DNA of 36,651 bases from an uncultured Bacteroidaceae bacterium. GTDB taxonomy: Bacteria; Bacteroidota; Bacteroidia; Bacteroidales; Bacteroidaceae. The position numbers and the translations under genes are program-made. The notes beneath the pieces are model-generated. The model searched no databases and was not told the DNA's origin. It saw only the letters and a list, made by a program, of their open reading frames with translations. Below, one piece after another: positions 31,578 through 36,651 of the stretch (positions within the stretch are counted from its first letter, which is position 1; the number at the start of each line of letters is the position of its first letter). Where the stretch lies: the NCBI GenBank assembly GCA_964403455.1, contig CAYOGG010000002.1, positions 1 to 36,651 on the forward strand, in the 5' to 3' direction.

Positions 31578-32880
31578 GTACGCCTCCGCTAATCTGGAGT
31601 AGCGATATTTCACAGATTTTTGTGTCATACTCTACTTTTAGCAGGCTCTCTTCGGCATCAAGCAGGGATTTCTGAGCTTCACGCATTTCTATGCCTGAAA
31701 GTTCTCCCAAGAGATATCTTTCATAAGCAATGTCGTGGTTTTCCTGTGCAGTACGAAGATTTTCACGTTCCAGTTGTAATAGCTTGAGATTGTTTTGATA
31801 TGCCTGCCAGAAATCAGTCAGATCAGCTTTCAGTTGAAGTTCAAGCTGTTCACTTTCCAAGGCGGCACTCATAACATCAAGTCTGGCATTGCGTTGTTCT
31901 GATTTATGTTTGCCGTCTATCAGATTTATTCCCACCGTTGCACCGAAGTTAGGTCCCCAATTGTTTCGGTGGATAGTGGATGTTGAACCGTAAATATTAT
32001 ATGTATAACCGTAACCGGCATTTAGTTTTAGATACGGATAATTTCGTGACTGTACTACTTTTCGATCCAGCTCTGCGATTGTCTTATTACTGTTTGACCT
32101 CAATAATTCCGTGTTATTGGCAAGCATATCCGATAAAAGAGACTCATAATTCAATCCGCTAAGCAGGTTTATTGTCGTATCGGCTGTCATATATCGACTG
32201 CCAAGATCGGAATTTGACATCAACTTGTTTATACGAATATTAGCCGATGATATTAATTCGTGCTGCTTCAGACTATTGGCGCTGTCTGCATTGAAATATA
32301 CTTGTGCTTGTTGAAGGTCGAGACGAGAATTGTTTCCTATGCTGAACCTTTCCTGTACGATACGTAGTCTTTCTTTAGATAGTGCTACTGCATAGTCAAG
32401 GTTATTCAGATGTATGATTTGTCTTACCAGATTGTAGTATTCCGATGTGAGACCGGCTACATAGTCTTCGATGGCAATCCTGGTTTGTATGGTGCCAATA
32501 TTGTATAGCTCCTGTAATCGGGATTTGGTAGCTTGAACCTTAAATCCGTTGAATAATGTAAGATCTGCATTAATGGAGGCATTAAGAGTGTGGTCAGTAA
32601 TGTCTCTTTGCGAAGTGATTGCACCATCTTCTCTAGCTTCAGTGTCACGACTGTACATGGAACCGCTGTATCCTGCAGACATATTTACGGATGTCATACC
32701 ACCGGAATTGGACCATGTGTTATTGTTTGACGCTTTCTCTTCATTGATATTTACTATCTGAATCTGATAACTGTTGTTCAGCCCCTGTTCCAGACAGGAT
32801 TGCAATGATAGTTTTTGAGCTTTTGCCGCCTCAGCCATTGTAAGTGTCAACGTAAGAATGAGAAGATATTTTATTTTCAT
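31561..32880 (-). CDS. TolC family outer-membrane efflux protein
   Basis: Signal peptide ...AEAAKA|Q. LSLQSCLEQGLNNSYQIQI opening and two repeated coiled-coil/beta halves typical of OMF proteins. Last gene of the RND operon. Confidence 0.88.
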   Translation of the reverse strand: MKIKYLLILTLTLTMAEAAKAQKLSLQSCLEQGLNNSYQIQIVNINEEKASNNNTWSNSGGMTSVNMSAGYSGSMYSRDTEAREDGAITSQRDITDHTLNASINADLTLFNGFKVQATKSRLQELYNIGTIQTRIAIEDYVAGLTSEYYNLVRQIIHLNNLDYAVALSKERLRIVQERFSIGNNSRLDLQQAQVYFNADSANSLKQHELISSANIRINKLMSNSDLGSRYMTADTTINLLSGLNYESLLSDMLANNTELLRSNSNKTIAELDRKVVQSRNYPYLKLNAGYGYTYNIYGSTSTIHRNNWGPNFGATVGINLIDGKHKSEQRNARLDVMSAALESEQLELQLKADLTDFWQAYQNNLKLLQLERENLRTAQENHDIAYERYLLGELSGIEMREAQKSLLDAEESLLKVEYDTKICEISLLQISGGVLRYLE

Positions 32881-32883
32881 CGC

Positions 32884-35800
32884 TTATTTCTGTTTTTTAT
32901 CCTTTAGTGATGTTGATACGAATGAATATATAGCAGGTACGATGTACATGGTAAGTAGTGTTGATATTAACATACCTCCTACGACTGCTGTTCCCATTGC
33001 TATACGTCCGGCGCTGCCCTCTCCATTAGCGAATATAAGTGGTAGCAGTCCGAGTATGGTGGATGCGCTGGTCATAAGAATGGGTCTGAGACGTTGTATG
33101 GAAGCTTCACGAATAGCTAACATTTTGTCTATACCTGAACGCTGTTTCTGGTTTGCAAATTCTACAATCAAGATTCCGTTTTTAGCAACCAGACCGATGA
33201 GCATTATTATTCCTATTTCACTGAATATATTCATAGTTTGTCCACCGCACTTCATAAATATTAGAGCTCCGCATACTGCCAATGGTACAGTAAGCATTAT
33301 GATTAGCGGATCCTTAAAACTCTCGAACTGAGCTGCCAATATCAAATAGATGAGAAGTAGAGCCAATCCAAAGGCGAATATCAAACTATCGGAACTTTCA
33401 CGAAAATCCTTGGATTCTCCGGCTAAAGCAGTTCGAAAAGTATCGTCAAGGGTCTCTTTCGCTATTTTGTCCATCTCATCAAGTCCTTCTCCCAAAGTCT
33501 TTCCTTTAGCTAAACCTGCTGATACGGTTGCAGATACGAAACGGTTATAACGATATAGCTTCGGCGGTGCTATATCTTCCTGTATGTCAACTAAGTTTTC
33601 CATTTGAATCATTTCGCCGGTGCCGCTACGCATATATATGGATTTTAGGTTTTGGGTAGTGTTTCTCTGTTGACGATTGATTTCACCTATTATATCGTAT
33701 TGTTTACCGTTCATATAGAGATAGCCCATACGTTGACCGCTAAGCCCGTATTGTAAGGTCTGTGCAATGTCGCGAGTATTTACGCCGAGCATATTGGCCT
33801 TATCTCTATTGATGGAAATACGTACCTCAGGTTTGGAGAATTTCAGATCAACATCTGCCATTTGGAAAGTCGGGCTATCCTGAACCTTGGCCATGAAGGT
33901 CGGAAGTATTTCTTGTAGTTTTTCTATGTTTGTAGCCTGTATTACATATTGAACAGGCATTCTCCCGCCGCGACCTCCGCTGAATGTCGACTGCTGCTGA
34001 ACGAAAGAACGAGCATCGTTCTCCTTTTGGACTGCTCTTGATAGCTTTTCAGCTACATCCATCTGCGAATAATCGCGTTCGGAAAGGTCCTTTAATGTTA
34101 TCTGAATATTGCCGCCACCACCTGATACTCTGGCCGTGATGAAATCTGCATCAGGTACCAAAGAATCGACAATTGTATTAATTCTCTCAGTATAGTCGCG
34201 CATATATTCGTAGGTTACTCCTTCCGGTCCTTGTGTGCGTACAGTTATATTGGAACGATCTTCAAGTGGTGACATCTCTGAAGGAATGTTAGACCAGATA
34301 AAAATACAACCTCCCAAAGCTACTATCATTATAACAATAGCCCATCCGCGATGATTCAGGAATGATTGCAGGCTCCTACTGTATAAGCTGTTCAAACCGA
34401 TGAAGAAAGGCTCTGTCTTTGTATAGAACCATCCGTGTTTTTCTCTTCTTACCAATATTTTTGTGGACAGCATCGGAGTCAGTGTCAATGCGGCGAAAGA
34501 GGATATTATTACTGCCCCGCCGATTACGAAACTGAATTCGCGAAATAGTCGGCCTGTGGTACCTTCCATGAAAATAATCGGAAAAAATACGGCTAACAAC
34601 GTAATGGTAGTCGATATGATCGCAAAGAATATCTCCTTTGCACCTTCAATACCTGCCTCTCTCGGCTTCATTCCGCGTTCAATGCGTATGTATATATTTT
34701 CAGTCATGACAATGGCATCGTCTACTACAAGACCTACCGCAAGTACTATGGCAAGCATTGATAGTACGTTTATACTGAATCCTGCCAGATACATCACAAA
34801 AAATGCACCTATAAGTGAAACAGGTATGACAAGACACGGAATAAGTGTCACACGCCAGTCACGCAGAAACAGGAATATTATGAGGATAACTAAGAAAAAA
34901 GCTTCGAATATTGTGTCTTTTACCTCGTTAATACTTGCACGTATGAATTTTGTGTTATCGAATCCGAAGTTATATGTGACATCCTCAGGTAGGTCTTTTT
35001 TCATTCGTTCCATACGCTCATAGACATTATTGGCTATGTCAATATGGTTTGCACCCGGTTGAGGGACCACTATAACACCCACCATAGGAACACCATTCAT
35101 CTTCATGTAGCTCTTAATGTCACGTGGAGAAAGTTCTGCCTGACCTACGTCGCTGAATCTTATTATTCGGTCGCCGTTATGCTTGATTATCAGGTTGTTA
35201 AACTCTTCTGTAGTGTGCATCTGTCCCAATGTACGTATCTCAAGTTCGGTAGTATTGCCTTCTATTGAGCCGGAAGGTAGCTCTACATTCTCCTTGTCCA
35301 ATGCGTTTTTTACATCCATAGGAGTGATGCCGTAACCGGACATCTTAACAGGATCTAACCATAAACGCATGCAGTAACGTTTTTCACCCCAGATACTGAC
35401 ACTGCTTACATCCGATATGGTCTGTAACTGTTCCTTTACGACAAGATCAGCTATTTCACTGAGCTCCAACAGTGAGCGTTTATCGCTCTGTAAGGCGACC
35501 ATAAGTATCGGGTTAGCATCGGCATCGGCTTTAGACACAGTAGGAGGATCGCAGTCACGCGGTAACATCCGTTGTGCTCTTGAGACTTTATCACGTACAT
35601 CATTGGCAGCAGTTTCCAGATCAACTGACAGTTCAAATTCCACAGTTATGCGGCTACTTCCGTATTGGCTTACACTGGTAAGTGAACGTATCCCCGGGAT
35701 TCCATTAATCTGTTGTTCGAGAGGTTCGGTTATCTGATTCTCTATTACTTCCGCATTGGCACCGGGATATGAACAGGAAACAGAGATAATAGGGTTATCT

Positions 35801-35919
35801 ACAGATGGAAATTCCCTTACTCCTAAATTGAAGAAGCCTACACATCCGAATAGCAAAATTATAAGAGTCAGTACAGTAGCAAGTACCGGCCTTTTAATAC
35901 TTAGTTCCGATATATTCAT
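32884..35919 (-). CDS. Efflux RND transporter permease subunit (AcrB/HAE1-like)
   Basis: 1011 aa. Opens with MNISELSIKRPVLATVLTLIILLFG. Conserved AIVLAVGLVVDDAIVMTENI and 12 TM segments with two large periplasmic loops. Confidence 0.95.
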   Translation of the reverse strand: MNISELSIKRPVLATVLTLIILLFGCVGFFNLGVREFPSVDNPIISVSCSYPGANAEVIENQITEPLEQQINGIPGIRSLTSVSQYGSSRITVEFELSVDLETAANDVRDKVSRAQRMLPRDCDPPTVSKADADANPILMVALQSDKRSLLELSEIADLVVKEQLQTISDVSSVSIWGEKRYCMRLWLDPVKMSGYGITPMDVKNALDKENVELPSGSIEGNTTELEIRTLGQMHTTEEFNNLIIKHNGDRIIRFSDVGQAELSPRDIKSYMKMNGVPMVGVIVVPQPGANHIDIANNVYERMERMKKDLPEDVTYNFGFDNTKFIRASINEVKDTIFEAFFLVILIIFLFLRDWRVTLIPCLVIPVSLIGAFFVMYLAGFSINVLSMLAIVLAVGLVVDDAIVMTENIYIRIERGMKPREAGIEGAKEIFFAIISTTITLLAVFFPIIFMEGTTGRLFREFSFVIGGAVIISSFAALTLTPMLSTKILVRREKHGWFYTKTEPFFIGLNSLYSRSLQSFLNHRGWAIVIMIVALGGCIFIWSNIPSEMSPLEDRSNITVRTQGPEGVTYEYMRDYTERINTIVDSLVPDADFITARVSGGGGNIQITLKDLSERDYSQMDVAEKLSRAVQKENDARSFVQQQSTFSGGRGGRMPVQYVIQATNIEKLQEILPTFMAKVQDSPTFQMADVDLKFSKPEVRISINRDKANMLGVNTRDIAQTLQYGLSGQRMGYLYMNGKQYDIIGEINRQQRNTTQNLKSIYMRSGTGEMIQMENLVDIQEDIAPPKLYRYNRFVSATVSAGLAKGKTLGEGLDEMDKIAKETLDDTFRTALAGESKDFRESSDSLIFAFGLALLLIYLILAAQFESFKDPLIIMLTVPLAVCGALIFMKCGGQTMNIFSEIGIIMLIGLVAKNGILIVEFANQKQRSGIDKMLAIREASIQRLRPILMTSASTILGLLPLIFANGEGSAGRIAMGTAVVGGMLISTLLTMYIVPAIYSFVSTSLKDKKQK

Positions 35920-35920
35920 G

Positions 35921-36651
35921 TTACTTAAGCTCCACTTTTTGACCGGTACGCAGTTGCATGGTGCCGCTGGTTATGACAGTATCTCCGATTTCCACACCTG
36001 AGATTATTTGAACCTCTGCATCGGTACGCAGCCCTTTGACTATGTTTGTAGGAACAGCTGTTCCGTTTTTGTATAAAAAGACTTTGTCTATTCCCATCTC
36101 GGAAATAATGGCTTCACTTGGAACCGACATAGTATTTTGATAAGTTCTGGTATTTAGACTTACACTTACATAACGTCCGGGCACCAACTTTTCATCGAAA
36201 TTGTTATATATGGCACGGACGGTAAATGTTCTTGTGTCGGCATCTACTTTTGAGTTGGTAGCATATACTGTAGCTTCATGTGGTTGTTGGTCACCTTCAA
36301 CGGTAAATGTGAGTTTTGCACCGTTTTTTAGGACTCCGGCGTAACGTTCAGGTACGGCGAACTCAACTTTCAGTTTGTCAATGCTGGTAAGTGTAGCAAT
36401 ATTCGAGGTGGGAGATGCAAATGCGCCAATACTGACCTGACGCAGGCCTATTATTCCGTCAAAAGGAGCACGTAATTCCGTCTGAGCTATTTTTGCGGTT
36501 ATCTCTTCTATTTCAGCATGTAATTTGGTAAGGTTTGCATCTGCTTCCTGATATGTCTCTTCGCTGATGGCTTCTTTTTCATAAAGCACTTTTTGACGAG
36601 AAAGGCGGTCTTCGGTGAGTTTCTGTTCAGCCGTGAGTTTTTTGAGTTGGG
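35921..36651 (-). CDS. Efflux RND periplasmic adaptor subunit (membrane fusion protein), C-terminal part; 5' end lies outside the window
   Basis: The frame stays open to the window edge (...QLKKLTAEQKLTEDRLSRQKVLYEKEAISEETYQEADANL...), which reads as a coiled-coil hairpin. Then LRAPFDGIIG lipoyl/beta-barrel motifs. 1-nt gap to the RND permease gene. Confidence 0.9.
   Translation of the reverse strand, partial: QLKKLTAEQKLTEDRLSRQKVLYEKEAISEETYQEADANLTKLHAEIEEITAKIAQTELRAPFDGIIGLRQVSIGAFASPTSNIATLTSIDKLKVEFAVPERYAGVLKNGAKLTFTVEGDQQPHEATVYATNSKVDADTRTFTVRAIYNNFDEKLVPGRYVSVSLNTRTYQNTMSVPSEAIISEMGIDKVFLYKNGTAVPTNIVKGLRTDAEVQIISGVEIGDTVITSGTMQLRTGQKVELK

Noticed and set aside
1-36651. Scan for CRISPR arrays, transposases, integrases, phage genes, toxin-antitoxin pairs, reverse transcriptases or known defence modules
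   Set aside because: I recognised none. No spaced direct repeats and no recombinase or nuclease signature motifs are present in any long ORF, and gene content is housekeeping or envelope-related throughout.

Overview
AT-rich chromosomal segment that reads as Bacteroidales core genome. Bacteroidetes-type TAnnTTTG -7 boxes precede most transcription units. 7 of 8 predicted signal peptides end just before Gln. Marker genes include PPi-dependent phosphofructokinase, a histone H1-like protein, rubrerythrin and recF-DUF721. I call 30 protein-coding genes: two are cut by the window edges, and one 56-codon gene is absent from the ORF track. I also call one tRNA-Tyr, five hairpin terminators, one long tRNA-trailing hairpin and ten promoter motifs. 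I saw no transposase, integrase, phage gene, CRISPR array or recognisable defence gene, so this is not an obvious accessory island, and I cannot name a definite new system. The best unexplained candidates are three compact, promoter-to-terminator delimited operons. (a) 22571-25563: an exported protein with a Tyr/Trp-rich block and a 220-residue Ser/Arg tail, paired with a FadL-like outer-membrane barrel. (b) 14343-19725: a 90-aa protein, a 965-aa exported golvesin/amidase-like protein, a 108-aa protein and a YgiQ radical SAM enzyme. (c) 25589-29729: DUF4468, a membrane J-like protein lacking HPD, a 702-aa putative porin and a Gfo/Idh/MocA oxidoreductase. Smaller oddities are a 26-bp perfect hairpin that includes the 3' end of tRNA-Tyr, rubrerythrin apparently co-transcribed with an NfeD/flotillin pair, and an orphan GH10 xylanase coupled to an NSS transporter. 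All family calls come from motif recognition by eye; no searches were run.
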